A stretch of 59,013 nucleotides of DNA, counting the filler, from Dimargaris cristalligena (lineage: Eukaryota): the NCBI GenBank assembly GCA_003614675.1. It is 5 parts of 5 records of this genome, joined end to end, with 100 filler letters (N's around TTAATTAATTAA, not from the genome) between each part and the next. Parts side by side here need not be neighbours in the genome. Positions count along the whole stretch, not along the records: positions 35,547 to 47,241 come from ML003091.1; positions 47,342 to 59,013 come from ML003092.1; 3 more parts are not named here. One strand, given 5' to 3'. The stretch's first letter is position 1, and each line of letters starts with the position of its first letter. The position numbers and the translations under genes are program-made. Below are positions 36,272 through 49,902 of this stretch, in pieces. A model generated the notes under the pieces. The model ran no database searches. It was not told where the DNA came from and worked only from the letters and a program-made list of their open reading frames with translations.

Positions 36272-39200
36272 ATATGAAAGTAGTGCAAACTATAAATTGA
36301 AAAAGAAAGCACATCTGGCGTGGGTTGTAACCAGATTTCACAAGATAAACGAAAAATTGAGCAATAAAAGGAAAGGTAGCAAGGGGAGCGGGAGGCTCTT
36401 CTGCCTTGCTTTATTAGAATTATATCCAGTTCTAGGTTTGAGAGTACTCCTGGTCCTGTACCCGATAGAAGACCGGCTGTGTAGCTGCTTGGAGAGTTGC
36501 CAATGGAGAAATGGGGAATAATATTGCAGAGCTACTTTACAATGTTTTATTATGATGGATATAAAAAGTCGACTGAATGATTTGGTAATGGAAAAAGCTG
36601 AAGTATGACGGAATCTCCGCAGTCTGGTTTATTGAAATAATTTACTAATCATATGAATGTAATTAATTTTATAGAACAATGTTGAAAATAGGTGTCGAAA
36701 GGGTACTCCCCTTAACGTGCGGTAAGACTGGGTATATGTGTAAAAAAATGGCGTGCGATAGTCACTCATACGTATGGTATTCCACACTAGAGCATTTGAA
36801 GGCAAAGTAATTTTGCGTCCTTTTAGTATAGTCAAGCTTCAAAGAGGCGGCAGAAAGCCCCCGAAATCGCCCCATAGCTATTGATACAAGGCATTGTGGA
36901 CTTCCCCATTATATGTACGGCATATTTCAGCCCATTTTGGGCCACTAGTTGAATAAAATGCAGTTAAAGGGTCCGCCATTATAAAAATGGGGGAGCATCC
37001 CTCACACTTAGTAGGTGTACAATTCAGAATATAGAAAGCTATCTAAGATGTACTACATCCCCGGCTCACTGAAGAATAGTCAGAGCCAGGAATGAATGAC
37101 CGCCCTACTAAACTGCGGGAAAGTCTCCAAGAGCTACCAGGCCGAATTCGTCATAAATTCGGCCTCCCTCTGAAGGGTGTAATGGCGCCCTTGGGTCGGT
37201 TGGGTTATAATCCCTCGCTATCATATGCATGGGATTACAAATAATGCCTTGTTGAAGGCGAATACTGTTCTTTGATGTCCACATTTCTGCAGAGAATAGC
37301 CCGTGTAATTTGGTACAGGCAGCCGGGGCGGGGTAGGGTTGGAAATAGAGTATGGAGAAAGAGAGATGTGCAAAATATGGTGCTTGAAAGAAATTAGTGT
37401 CTGGCTGATAGAAGGGTTAGAAATTTTGACAGAAAAGTTGGATAATAAATTAGCAGGGGAGTTCCCTTGCATATTTATACCTGGTTTTGTTGGTGATGAT
37501 ATTAATACGACTCTTCATAATATGTTATTTCACACCGTTTAGACACTGGTATCTGGGGTAAGGCAAAGTCATTGTTCCGTATTCATTGATATCCCTCATT
37601 CTATCCAATACATTGTGCGGGTTGTATAATATTCCATTGTTTTTATATATATATAAGAAAAACAGTAATGAATTTGTACAACACGCTTCCGATTTCCTAC
37701 CTTTTTTTCCAAGGAGTAGATTTCATACCTGTATTAGTGACTAAGTTACTACATGCCCCCCCCAATGCCTATCGGGACATATAATGAATTTAGCACTAAC
37801 AATAAACCACCAACTGGCCTAGTGAACAATGCCTGTGCCGGTGTGATCGCAGACCGAGTGACCGGCTTCCACCAATATGATCTCCAGCTTCAATGACCGC
37901 CGCCCATCTTCGAAGGGTGAAGCCTACCAAGTTCAGGATCTTTTCCGCAAGTACACAGGCCGGAAGGTTCTGATAGCCACCAATGCACAGTGGTACTAGA
38001 CCATGCAGTGCACTGAACACTTAGAAGCCTGATACCATTGGCAAGACACATAAACACCATTGGTTGGTAGTGAAGATGGTCGAAATGCCCCGGCCTGGTG
38101 GTGTCTACCAGCACCCCCTTCCCAGATATCTGAATGTTTATGTAAGCAGTGTTCAACTAGCGGGAGGATAGTGGCAAGATGACAGTGAAATTGTGGGCTG
38201 ACATGGGTATGCTTATCTGACTATAAAGATTATATGGGAACTGTCAATACCATTATTCTTGATGGAGAGCTTCCAATATCTTAAATCTGAAGGTGATTTT
38301 CCTGGCATGGCTGTGCTAAACAGTCATATTTTCCTTTGTCCAGTATGTGGTTTTCCCTGCCGCCCAATACTATAGCATCCTAGTACCTTTAAAACAATAA
38401 AATCAAGTGATAACTGCGCTCGTATTAAACCATACTGTAGGACCGGTCGGTTGATCCGTTAAATGTCTTTCTTGGCTGTCAGTATAATAAGTATACCGTT
38501 ATATAAGTATATATTCCAAAACTAATGGAGGTACCACCTTTCAGGCCATCAATATCTGTCAGTTGGAAAACTTCTTAGCTATAAGCAGTGCTGTCATTCA
38601 AGTCCCTTGTTATTAACTAATTGCATCCAGATTACAAGTTATCCCACGGTATAGCTCCTTTGTTGAGGTTAGGGCAAACCAAGCCTGCTCCCACTGATCA
38701 AAATTTAGACCTCATTCAGTTTCCACCTGGGCGGTTAAATCGGTAGAAGGACCACCACCATACTCCCAAAGCCAAGATTTTTTTTATGATCTTTGTTTAA
38801 CGCCGTTTCCCCAATTCTCACCTAATTTGCTGCTTTTCCTTTGAAGCCCTCATATTTGAAACCAATGACCGCTCATTTCATATTTTTTCCGGTACAAAGT
38901 TCTTGGCCTTTAGATGGATTAAAGACCTTAGAAATGGTCTCTCGACTAATGACCCCATTCTCTAGAATATCTAACCACGCTACACCTGGTTTTATATCCC
39001 TATTCTTGAAGATGGCGAGTTAGTGTTGAAAGCCCGCTCCCTGTCTGATAACCCCCTCCCGGAATCGGATAACTAGAGCTGTAGCAAACCCAATCACTTC
39101 TTATACGTGGCCCATAATATATGGCTTCCACGAGACTGTCACATAATTGATGTATGAGTATTGTAATCTTGCATGGATCGCTTGTGGTTGGGGCCGGGTA

Positions 39201-39812
39201 TTTTGGTCATGGTGATTACTTGGTGACAGAGAGTCATATGTATCGAGTAAATACCTAGCTACCTAACTTTTCGTTTAAAACCTCAATGAAAATAATGTTT
39301 TAATACTTAAAATGGCTTATTGGGACAGGTGTGGAGGTGCTTCAATTCCAACCAGTGGCCTACCTAGTGCCAGTGCCTCAAAATCCACACCAGCCCGGAC
39401 AGTAGATATGGCTCTGGTTTAGATGGTCTAGGTGGAGGCGCTACTGGTATCTGTTCACCATCGTCCTATGTTGCGCAGAGTGTGAAGAGGAACAGTCGCT
39501 CGATCGATACTATAGCAAAAGTCCTAGATGGTTTGTCAGCACACTAGGTCATGAACATATATATATATATATGCCCAGGCTGAATCTGCATCTAGTCGAC
39601 TACCCTATCCATTGCAGTCAATCTACCCCTTCCCCCATATTCCTACTGCATGACGTTCCGTCTCCTTCTGGAACGGGTTCTCCATAGCCTTAGTCTTTCC
39701 TACCTTCACCCAGCCGGAAACCCCTAAACTGCTTCTCCCTTTACCCTTCCTTATTCCTACCCCATTCTGTATACTTTCTATTTCTTTACTATCCCCCCTC
39801 CCGCCAGTCCCC

Positions 39813-42800
39813 ATGTCAGTGAAGCCCTACCAGTTGTCCGCCACCCTAGTGGGCCATGACTCCGATGTAAGTGTCCATGGTCACCTCCATGATGGCTACT
39901 CCTAAACTGCAGGGAATAGTATAGACAGGCCACCCTCGCAATGGGTCGCCCGATGCCTCGACCCGACCCGCCAATATATCTAAACCATTTACCCACATTG
40001 CCCTATTCCCTCCATCTCATAATGGCGTCCTTTTCCATTGGCACATGCCCGTTACCAGGTGCGTGCCGTCCTGAGCCCCCACCCCGAGGAGCTATACACA
40101 GCGTCGCGGGACCTCACCACCCGACGTTGGAACAAAACCAACTCCAACCCTTCGCCGAACTCGCCTACCTTTGGCTATGAGACCACTGCTGTGTACTTGG
40201 GCCATACCCGCTATGTTAACTCTCTGGCCTATATTGGCCCCAGTGCCCAATACCCCAAGGGGCTTATATTGACTGGGGGGAGTGATAAAACCATCCTGGT
40301 GTTCGACGCAACTGGTGTTGAGCATGGTATTTCCGACCCGCTGTTCACCCTCAAGGGCCACTCCGATAATGTATGCTGCATGACTGTGGCCCCCAATGGC
40401 GATCTGATTTCCGGGTCCTGGGACAGCACCGCCAAGGTCTGGCGCAATTGGCAATGTGTCTACGATCTGGTGGGTCACCAGTATGCCGTCTGGGCTGTTC
40501 AGGGCCTCTCCGACGGCACCATCCTAACGGGTAAGTATTTCGTTAATTAATTTTCACCCTCATCTGTGCTACCCTCGCTGGAGCATCACTGCGTGTCTTT
40601 ATGCCATTGGCAATTTCGGATGGCTTGCTAACTACCGCCGGTTCTTTCATTATGACACACGGTACCACGGCATCATTTTTGTCGGAACAGGTGCCGCCGA
40701 TACCCTCATCAAACGGTGGCAGAATGATCGCTGTATCGGTGTTTTCCGTGGCCATACCGAGAGTGTTCGGGGTTTGGTCGTACTCCCCACTACCGGTACG
40801 GACCCAACTGATACCCGGTTTGCCTCTTGCTCCAATGACGGTACCTTGCGGGTATGGGGTCTTGACGGGAGCTGTCTACAGGTACTTTCCGATCATACCT
40901 CCTTTGTGTACACCATGTGCCTTCTGCCCACTGGTGAGCTGGTATCAGGCGGGGAAGACCGCAGTATCAAGATCTGGTCAGATGGCCAATGCGTCCAAAC
41001 ATTCGTATTGCCCGCGCAGTCAATCTGGTCCGTGGCCGCCTCACCCAATGGCGATATTGTTGTGGGGACCAGCAATAAAGAGGCCCACGTCTTTACCCGC
41101 TCCGCCGAGCGCGTTGCCCCCGCCGCCGTAATGACCCAGTACGAGGAGCAGCTCGCCCAGTTTACAGTGGCTGCCCCCGCCGGAAATGTCTCGGACCAAA
41201 AATTGGCTAGCCCCGAAGCACTTCAACAGCCTGGCGCCAAAGACCAGCAAGTGATTATGGTCAAGAACCCGACGAGCGGGGCCGTAATGGCCCACCAATG
41301 GGACCAAGCTAGTCAAAAATGGTCCACTGTTGGTACTGTGGTGGATGCCATTGAAGAGAACCGTCGGCAGCTCCACGAGGGCAACGAGTACGACTACGTG
41401 TTCACCGTCGACGTCCAGGAGGGTAGGCCGCCCCTCAAGCTGCCCTACAATCGCGGCGAGAATGTATATACCGTGGCTCAGCAGTTTTTGACTCGCAACA
41501 TGCTTCCCCAGGACTACCTGGACCAGGTGGCCCAGTTCATCACTACCAATGCCGGAGAAGCAAATACCACCCAGTCGGCGGGGGCTAGCGATGCCCAGAC
41601 TTATGTGGACCCATTCACGGGCGCATCTCGGTATATGCCCGGGGGCAGCACCCCAACAGGAACATCGTCGCTGAGACACGATCCATTTACTGGGGGTTCC
41701 CGCTACCAACCTGGAGACGCCACCTCTACCACTTCACCTGGGTTCCCGGTCCAGTCGGCCTTTGTGCTGATGAAGCAATGTAATCTACCTGCAGTGGTAA
41801 ACAAACTGAAGGAATTTAACGCCGAGTTAGCCAAGGTTAGTATGGTCTATGTAACTATATCACGTAGATAACTGGCTGCATTTAATTTTATAATCTAGCA
41901 ACGGGAACGAATAATAGGTGTACCGACGGTTTTCGTGTATATCCATAGTCCTTGGCGTTTCCTGCTAAGTTACCAGCATGTACACTGTCCACCCGCTATA
42001 ACAATATCTTCCTAACCCAATGTGTACTGTTTCTTCCTTTTGTACTATACAGATAAGCCATCCCTATGCCCTGTCGGATTTGCAATTAGCCTCGATTGAT
42101 GAATTGCAACGCTCTTTGGAAACCCCGTCCTCCATGGCCGACCCTATCACCGCGCAATACTTTACCCTATTGGCTTCCATCGCCACCCAATGGCCGTTTG
42201 AGAAACGCGTCCCAGCCCTGGATCTTCTTCGGATGCTTGCATGCTGCACCTCTCTGGACACCATCCGCTATACCGGGCCCGATCCCCACCCTAATGCTAA
42301 TGCGGTTGATGTAGCCCTCTTTTCGGCCGGCTTGATACCACCCAATACCACAGCGAATCCCTTTACGCGGGCCCACCTTAACCAATTTATGCTGGCGTTG
42401 CGACTCCTGGTTAACCTCTTTGCCCATCCTAAAACCGACGCACTCCACCTGGTCTGGAACCGCAAAGACCAACTCCTGGACCAAATTATTAACTGGTGGG
42501 TCCAAGCCACTGCGTCTGACGTGGTGGGTCTCGGAGTCAATGGAGGGAGTGCCCTCCACCCGTGTCGACTGGCCCTAGCCACCCTCTTACTTAATCTCAC
42601 CGTCTACCAAACTACGCTCTCGCCTTCCTCCGCTGACGATGAGGAAGAGTACCCCACCCAGTTAATGGCATGGACCATCGAACTACTTACGGGTGGTACT
42701 ACGGAAGCGGGGTCGCTAATCAAACTTCGTGCTAGTGCTGGTGGCACGCAGGCCGGGCCCCTGGTGGAAACGATCCGCCGTGGTCTGACCACTCTAGGCA

Positions 42801-42943
42801 CCCTTCTAAGCCGCTACCCTAAGTCCCTTCAACCTGTTGCTAAGCTGTTCAACCTCAAGGACATTTGTAATCAACTCGCCAATCATCCAGTGGATAGCGT
42901 GGCCCAGACCGCGCGGGATTTGCAACGCTCGTTTGAGTTGTGA
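39813..42943 (+). CDS. DOA1: Doa1/Ufd3/PLAA ubiquitin-binding Cdc48 cofactor (WD40, PFU, PUL)
   Basis: Exons 39813-39866, 40059-40530, 40691-41835, 42053-42943. N-terminus YQLSATLVGHDSDVRAV, WD40 repeats, PFU EYDYVFTVDV..LKLPYN, PUL WPFEKRVPALDLLR. Confidence 0.94.
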
Positions 42944-44598
42944 TTTTTTAAAAACACTACAAATCGGGCTAGCTAAGTGGGTTTGCTTCAAACGATGCTT
43001 AGGCAAGAAACACGCATTTATATTTTTACTATTTGACATGAGAACTACAATGAACCCCATTATAATTGATAAGGAGTATGCGGGTGAGAGTGGTACTTAA
43101 CCAAAGCATAGTAAAAATATACTAAGATAGGCCTGAAATGCAATGGAGGGTGTGCCTGGCCATTACAGACTGTCAATACCCCGAAGTACAGGAACTGAGG
43201 TCTAAATTATACAGTAGTTCATATAAGTTATCTAGCGGATGTAACTGGGGACAAGGCGCACTAACTTTACAACAATTGCGACCGTTTTTGGAGACTAGGC
43301 CGGGCTGGATTACCATTATCCGAAATAATGGACCTTGGCACATCCCTAGAATATAAAAAGCTTCTTCCAGAACTATCGGGCTTCGGTTTGAAACGGCTTG
43401 TAACACCGTTGGATCATTCATTTCTTAGCATTTTCCACCCAGCTATGGCACCGTAAATTCCACCAGCACGCCGGTCATAAGATGCATATCAGCAGGCTCA
43501 TCCGCAAGACTCGCCAGGAGCCGACGACCACTTTTCTATGAACCGCCAGGTTTATGGTTTCATTGAAGCCCCCTTCCAGCCTCAACGCCGTGCCTCTTTA
43601 GCCCCTTCCTTAGTTCAGGCACGCGCCCAGTGCCACTCCGAAAATTTGACTATTGGTATGAAATAGGCGGACCTACCTCCTCCCTCCCGCCCGTCAGCAA
43701 GGGGCAATTGGCCAGTTGGTGTTACATACCAGAGAATAAGAAAGGTCCATTGAGCAACCTCATCCCTAGTAATTACTCTATAGAGAAAGGTAACACCATG
43801 CCTGACCAGTGGTAAGTGGTTCAAGAATAGCCCTTTTGAGCATTGCTACCTCATTCTCCCCCCTCGCCTCCGACCATCTCCCCAGTTCATATCAGCCTTG
43901 CTGAAAAAGAGTGGGTTTCGCAAGGGTTTAGGTGCCCCCTCCCCGTCCAAGCGGCTTTGATGAGTATTATTAATATATATATATATATATATAAAGAATG
44001 AAATATAGGCACCAAGCAGTAAAAACGGGATAACCCAAATTGGGGGAAGGAGGTAAGCTCCACCAAAAGAACTGGTGGGGATAGGGGGGGCAATCCATCT
44101 GGAATATAGACAATGTTCGTGTGACGGGCGCAGCTCCACTAAACCACCAAACGGATCAAATCGATGACTATATTGACCATGGTGGGAATGGTGACTTGAG
44201 GATGGCGGAAATAGGGTAACCCACCTGGGCTGTAAGCCGTTGGGCATTGGGCAATGAATAGTCGTCAATCTAGAAACTCGACATGGAAGTACCATTTTAA
44301 TTATACCCTTGACGAAACTTAATGTTGGGATAGTTAACGGGTAGTATACTGTAAGCTATGGGGGAGGGGAAAGGTGTTAATATTCGAGCAGAGTACTCGA
44401 TGGACTGGACCCGCCCATTCAAACTACCAAGTATTGAACGTATTTAAGCGGATGAGTGTCCGCATACTCGTACATTAAGCCATCATTATATTTCATCTAC
44501 TAACATTTATATCACCACTGTATTGACCCGGGGAGATTTATTGTCTGTCCTTTTTAACCACTCCCTACCCCACCGCCCCTAAGCAAGAGCTATTCACC

Positions 44599-45932
44599 AT
44601 GTTGGTTCGCCAGTCGCCGATCACCTCGCTTCTTTTGGCAGCTTGTCTCCTAGGCCTGCATCAGTTCGGTCAGGGCGCGGCAATTCAAGATAGCGCCGTG
44701 ACTTCAGAAAAGGTGACAGCCGAAGGAGTAAATTCAGCTTCCCAAGCTGGATCCAATACCGATGCTGAATTATTAACGGTAAATAGTGATTACATAAATT
44801 CCTAAATTCATAGTTTCTTTATTTATGTGGAATTCGCCATTAACCACCACCTTATACTAGTAAATGCAGTGCAGCTACTGTGGACGGAGTGATCCAAACC
44901 ATTGCTTTAGTCCAATTTCCTCCCAGCATTGAAAACGCACGACTTATCCTGATGTTAACACTCCCGATAATTACAATCCAAAATAAATTCTATACAATTA
45001 ATCTGTAGATGGGATCGACCACCTCGCCCTGCGCCGAAGTTCGCCGGATTCACCCGTTGGTCCAGCAGTTTGTCATTGCTTCGCGTGATAAACGTGACTT
45101 AGATCTGGACTCCCCGGAAACTAATGATCTCTACAAGTCCTATTTCAAGCTGCTCGGGACCGGTTATATGGCCTACCTCTATGCCCTTACCGGACACCGC
45201 AACGAGGTAGTTTTGTACCCCTACTCGACCGTGGAACCGGTCTTGGCCAAAACCAACCCGCTGTACGCGTGCCTTAAAGAAGAACCCCAGCTCGTGGTGG
45301 ATCTGTACCAATGGGGAAATACCCTGGTCCAAAATATCCGCACCGATGTCCGTCTAGCCGGCTATCTAGAGGACCCCCAGTTGGCCCTCGTCCTGGGCCG
45401 CCGCAGTAAGGCGCCTGCCCCGAAGTCCCGACCCTGGAAAGCCCCCACGGACCTCGATACCATTGCTGAGCAAGATGCCAACCTAACTTCGGCCGACTCG
45501 GTGTTTTTTACGGACCTGTCCGATATTACCGAATTTCCGGAGGATACTTTGACCGTGCTGACCCACTTTTACTTCTCCAACCGGTGGGCGGAGATTCATG
45601 CGGTGGCCCGGGCCCAGGGTAATGCCGAAGCCGAGCAACTCTTGGATGCCATCCGTCCCCCCCAAATACCCCTAGCTTCGGTGGGTCACTTCAGTGAAAG
45701 TGTGGCCCTGTGGACCTCCCAGGCCGACCACGGCGACAGAGATGACGCCAAGCGCAATAGCATCTACGATCATTTCGAGACTCTGTCCGCCCAGTTCCTC
45801 GGCGAAACGCATGATTCGTCCGACAAGCCACTTCAGCTGGCCTTCACGAAACTCGACGCTTCGAAATACATTGGGCCGGTGTGGAAACAATGGGGTCGTT
45901 GGGTCAGTCGCCGGGTTAGCCACCGAGGGTAG
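44599..45932 (+). CDS. Orphan secreted protein (about 367 aa; 3' end uncertain)
   Basis: Exon 44599-44778 encodes signal peptide MLVRQSPITSLLLAACLLGLHQFGQGA and splices in phase 0 (GTAAAT..CTGTAG) to 45009-45932. The ORF has coding-like codon bias. A further small exon after 46087 is possible. Confidence 0.7.
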
Positions 45933-47241
45933 TGCAATGTCGTCTGCACTCCCGGGCCTACCTCTGAATGCCATGGGCTTCTTTTCTAGTACATTTTGGG
46001 TTGCTGAATGAGGTTATCGAATTACTGCACCATATATTCCAATACTCCGATTAATATTATAATAATACTTAACCCTCATTCTTACAGGCCTTTGGGCAAT
46101 ACGGATTGCTTAACATACTAAATAGGATAAGTTTTTATTATTCGGATGATGCGAAATGACATTGTTATACCATTCTCAAGACAATGTGAGGAATGTGATA
46201 CTAATAGTGCGTTGGCAGTTTGTAATTATATTTGAGAAAGCTGTGGGGTAAAATACTAGTCAATACAATAATTCTTGCGTCCATGAAAAATACACTCAGA
46301 GGATTCTCAAAATAAGGTTGAGATTAGCCCTTTATGGATAAATATCATGACGTACATTAAATATAGGGTGGTCAATTTAATAAAATGGGATATTGGGGTA
46401 TGCCAAATTAATGAAAGGACACCTGTAGGATTTTACTTAGCTTTGTATGACTTAGAAGGCTAGTAAAATATGTATATATCTAATAAAGGGGGTATTGAGG
46501 GATACTACTACTATATATAACTCAAATATAATCAATAATGAAAGTTATATAATGTTATGTGGGTTTACTACCCTTAGTCCATCAAGAGTCCCTAGGATAG
46601 GCTTCTAACAGTAGGGCTAGCTTAGGCTCAGCTAAGCAGTCACAAGTATTAGGTACAGGAATATAGTACTAATTAATAAAGACTAAAGATAATATATATA
46701 TAAAGATATACAGTAATACATACTCACTAGCTAGTGTAAGGGAGTAAGTGAATATAAGGTTTATTAGATAAATAAGGGGTAAGAATAAGTTAAAGTATTA
46801 ATGGAGCCCTACTATATATGTATAGGTATAGCTCCAGAGAGAGGTCCCAAGGGAGATACTAATAAGATAATAGGGTAGGTAAATAGACAAGCTAGATAGC
46901 TACTGATATCTGGAAAACTCTGGTGGTAACCACAAGAGACTTTGGATTAGTATATGAGTAATTATTGCAAAAGACAGAGTCCAGGTGGGGAAAAATTATA
47001 TATAATATATAATAATTCTATGGTACTGTATGTGTAGTGCTGAGACCCGGTGGACCAGTTAGGTCGGGGATTATGTCATAGGGGGAAAAAGCTGGGAAAA
47101 TCGGTGGGAGGTTTGAACTACTATCAGGGATCTTGTTATTGGCAGATTGTAGTGGAGCCAACAGTGGGGTTGTAGAAGCACTTTGTGGTGAGAAAGACAT
47201 TGTGGTTTTTTACAAATTTATTTACTAAAAAGAAATAGAGA

Positions 47242-47341
47242 NNNNNNNNNNNNNNNNNNNNNNNNNNNNNNNNNNNNNNNNNNNNTTAATTAATTAANNN
47301 NNNNNNNNNNNNNNNNNNNNNNNNNNNNNNNNNNNNNNNNN
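47242..47341. other. Artificial contig spacer
   Basis: N44-TTAATTAATTAA-N44. Confidence 0.98.
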
Positions 47342-47499
47342 AAAATGACCATACTTGTCAGGGGCAGGGGCAGGGGCTCATTCACTCGTCAGGGGCGTAC
47401 TTCCAATAAGTGCGAAAAATAGATAAAAATAAAAGTAGGTAAAAAATGTGGTAAGTTCACCACAGTAACCAGGTTGGCCTTACTGGAGGTCTAGTTATA

Positions 47500-49620
47500 T
47501 CTCCACCCCCTCTATAATGATTTAGACCCCAGCCAGGGCTGGGATACCTCCCTGTGATTCTCCAACCAGATATACCAGGTTTTGGGAACCCTATATCTAG
47601 TCCTTACTGCCCAGCCAATGGCATCAATTCGGATACCTCCAGCTTCCTGGAAGCTCTGGTCTAATGCCTGTGAAGAGGGATGTGGTGCATGTTAGAAAGG
47701 CAGCTCATGCCTCTATCAAATTATATTCATAGAGATTCTCCCATTATATAGAGAATTATATCCCATCTCTCTTCACAGTCAATAGTCATATAATAAAACA
47801 CATAGCAGAGTGTATTTAATGCAACTCTTGCAGCTTTCTCTACTTTCATTCACTTTAGTAAACTAAGGCTTTGCATCATCATATATTCATTCACTCTAAC
47901 AGTGCCCACCTTTTACCCCTATCTAGAAATGGCAAAGACCAATATACCTATGGCAACTGGACCCCCACAGAGCAAGCCTTATATATTGTGCACTGGGAAA
48001 CCCTGGCAGTGGACAAGGTATTACAGGCCTTTGCAACCCCCTTGAAAGGAACAGCAGTCAAGGCAGAGTTAGATGCCACTGCCTCAGTAGGCATGCTCAA
48101 CGCCATTTCATCAGCCAGCCCCACCCTACACAGAGTAGTTCATTAGGTGGCAGTAACCAGTCGGTCCCTAAGAGTGACACTAATGGGTTTTACCACCTAC
48201 CTGCTGGGTATCCAGAACGTAACTGCCATCTTTCTCTCCCACCTCCAACAGAAGTCTGATTGGCAATTACGCCCCAAAACTTTCTAAGAGATCGATACCC
48301 TCTACGGCCCATATACTGACAACTGATTCATCACTGCCTGGAATCATAATATACCCAGGTACAACTCCTTAGATCCCGATGGCTGTGAACAGATAAATGC
48401 CTTTGGCGGTCATTTGGGGGGGGGGGAGAGAACAACTATGTGAACCCCCCCTTTGGATTGATTGGCCCTATCTTGGCAAAAATTTGGCATAACCTAGCAG
48501 TAGCCACCCTCATTATCCCTCGGTGGGGGGTCACAACCTTGGTGGCCCATCCTCGAGTAAATGACAACCCGGGCCCACCTTCTACCTGCCCATCGAGTTT
48601 GGGACAACCCTCTAATACCCCTCGGGATTAGCTGCAAACCAGCTCAGAACCCAGCTTGGAATATGCTAGTCGTATGAGTGGACGGGGCCTTGCCCTCCAG
48701 CCACTCCTACGTAGCCAATGGGCCCACAATTTGGGAGACTCCCCCACTTGTGGTGAAGCCCTGGCCAAGCAGGTTTTAGACCTCTTGACAACCCAGTTTT
48801 CAGGGGATATATGGACGGCCTATACCCAGTACTTTTCGACATACCTCTGATTTAATGAATTAATGGAAACCCCAGCTTTCCTACTTACCGATCACTCCCT
48901 TGGCCTTTTTATGGCCTATCAATATGATACCTGTATGGCACCTCCTGTTTGATCCCTCAGCTATTTTGGGGTTATATGGCTTTATCTCTGCACGAGCATC
49001 CACGTTTAGATACTTCCCAAGCACTGGTCCCCCTGTCCCAGTTTGCCGACTATTTCAAAGATCCAAGCCTTACAAATACTCCAGAAGCCCTCTGAGATGC
49101 CGCCCTAGTAACAGTGGGGCTCTTGTGTGGACTATGTGCCGATACCCTGGCCAAATTATCAGCTGAGCAATTCCGGATGCATATATCCTTCATTTATATC
49201 TGGCTACAGCAGCCCAAGAGCTATCAGACCAGTCCAGATTAGTGTATATGCCACTAGTGGGGGCCAATTACTACGCCACTACTTGGAGGCCCGGCCTACT
49301 CAATCAATTTCAGCTTGGTATCCACCACTTCCATCTAACCCGCGGACTACACATCATGGGGTTGTGGTAAAGACCCTGGACCGCGCTCTTACCTGGATTA
49401 GTTTATCTGATAGTATAATTGCCACTTTAAATCCTCACGCCTTGAGGCGTACCTTTGCTGCGGATGCCCATGTCCTGGGAGCCTCGGATGCCAAAATAAT
49501 GCAAATGGGCATCACTAAGTTCAATGCAGTGGTATATAGTTATCTCCTATACCCGCTCCCTGGAGGACGTGGCCTTTTATGCCTTTCTACTTCCTTCTGT
49601 ACTTCCTCCAGACAGTAGGC
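47500..49620 (+). mobile_element. Decayed DIRS-type tyrosine-recombinase retrotransposon (RNase H, methyltransferase-like domain, YR)
   Basis: DIRS RNase H remnant WTPTEQALYIVHWETLAV..F..LKG..ELD..SASPTL (~47960-48140); NNYVNPPFGLIGPILAKI..ATLIIPRW (~48430-48530); YR catalytic region PHALRRTFA..LGASDAKIMQMG..Y (~49430-49545). Many stops and frameshifts; boundaries approximate. Confidence 0.8.
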
Positions 49621-49902
49621 AATAATGAGCCGGTGTCCCTTTTAGAGGGGGCTCCACCTTTATTAACTAGCGATAATAGATCAATATGGGGTCGGTCGGC
49701 CTTGCAGACCACCCTCTTTCCCTTATTCTTTCTCTTTTTTCGTTGGGGTTCTCTCACCCTCACCTCTTACCCCACGCCTGCACTCTCCTTTTGCTGCGCG
49801 CGGGTTTCTCTATTCTCTTTTCCCCCTTTTAAATCAATTTCTCTTTTAGCCATATCCTCGCGACCAGATTACTGGTCCCCCATCATTATGTATCGAAATT
49901 AG

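Noticed and set aside
35954..36275. CRISPR-like or recombination-site array from the four ~30-bp motif copies
   Set aside because: The copies alternate in orientation and pair as TIRs of ~136-bp units with conserved interiors; there are no unique spacers or cas genes.
37108..37240. Group I intron P-like motif AAACTGCGGGAAAG plus hairpin 37139-37165
   Set aside because: No convincing Q, R or S elements or P7 pairing, and no host rRNA context.
37890..38030. Minus-strand fragment VPLCIGGYQNLPACVLAEKI resembling a GMC oxidoreductase C-terminus
   Set aside because: The match is too short and degenerate, and no other GMC motifs were found.
11752..47341. TTAATTAATTAA motif recurring every ~11.8 kb as a biological periodic element
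   Set aside because: It is embedded in fixed N runs and is an artificial six-frame-stop linker.
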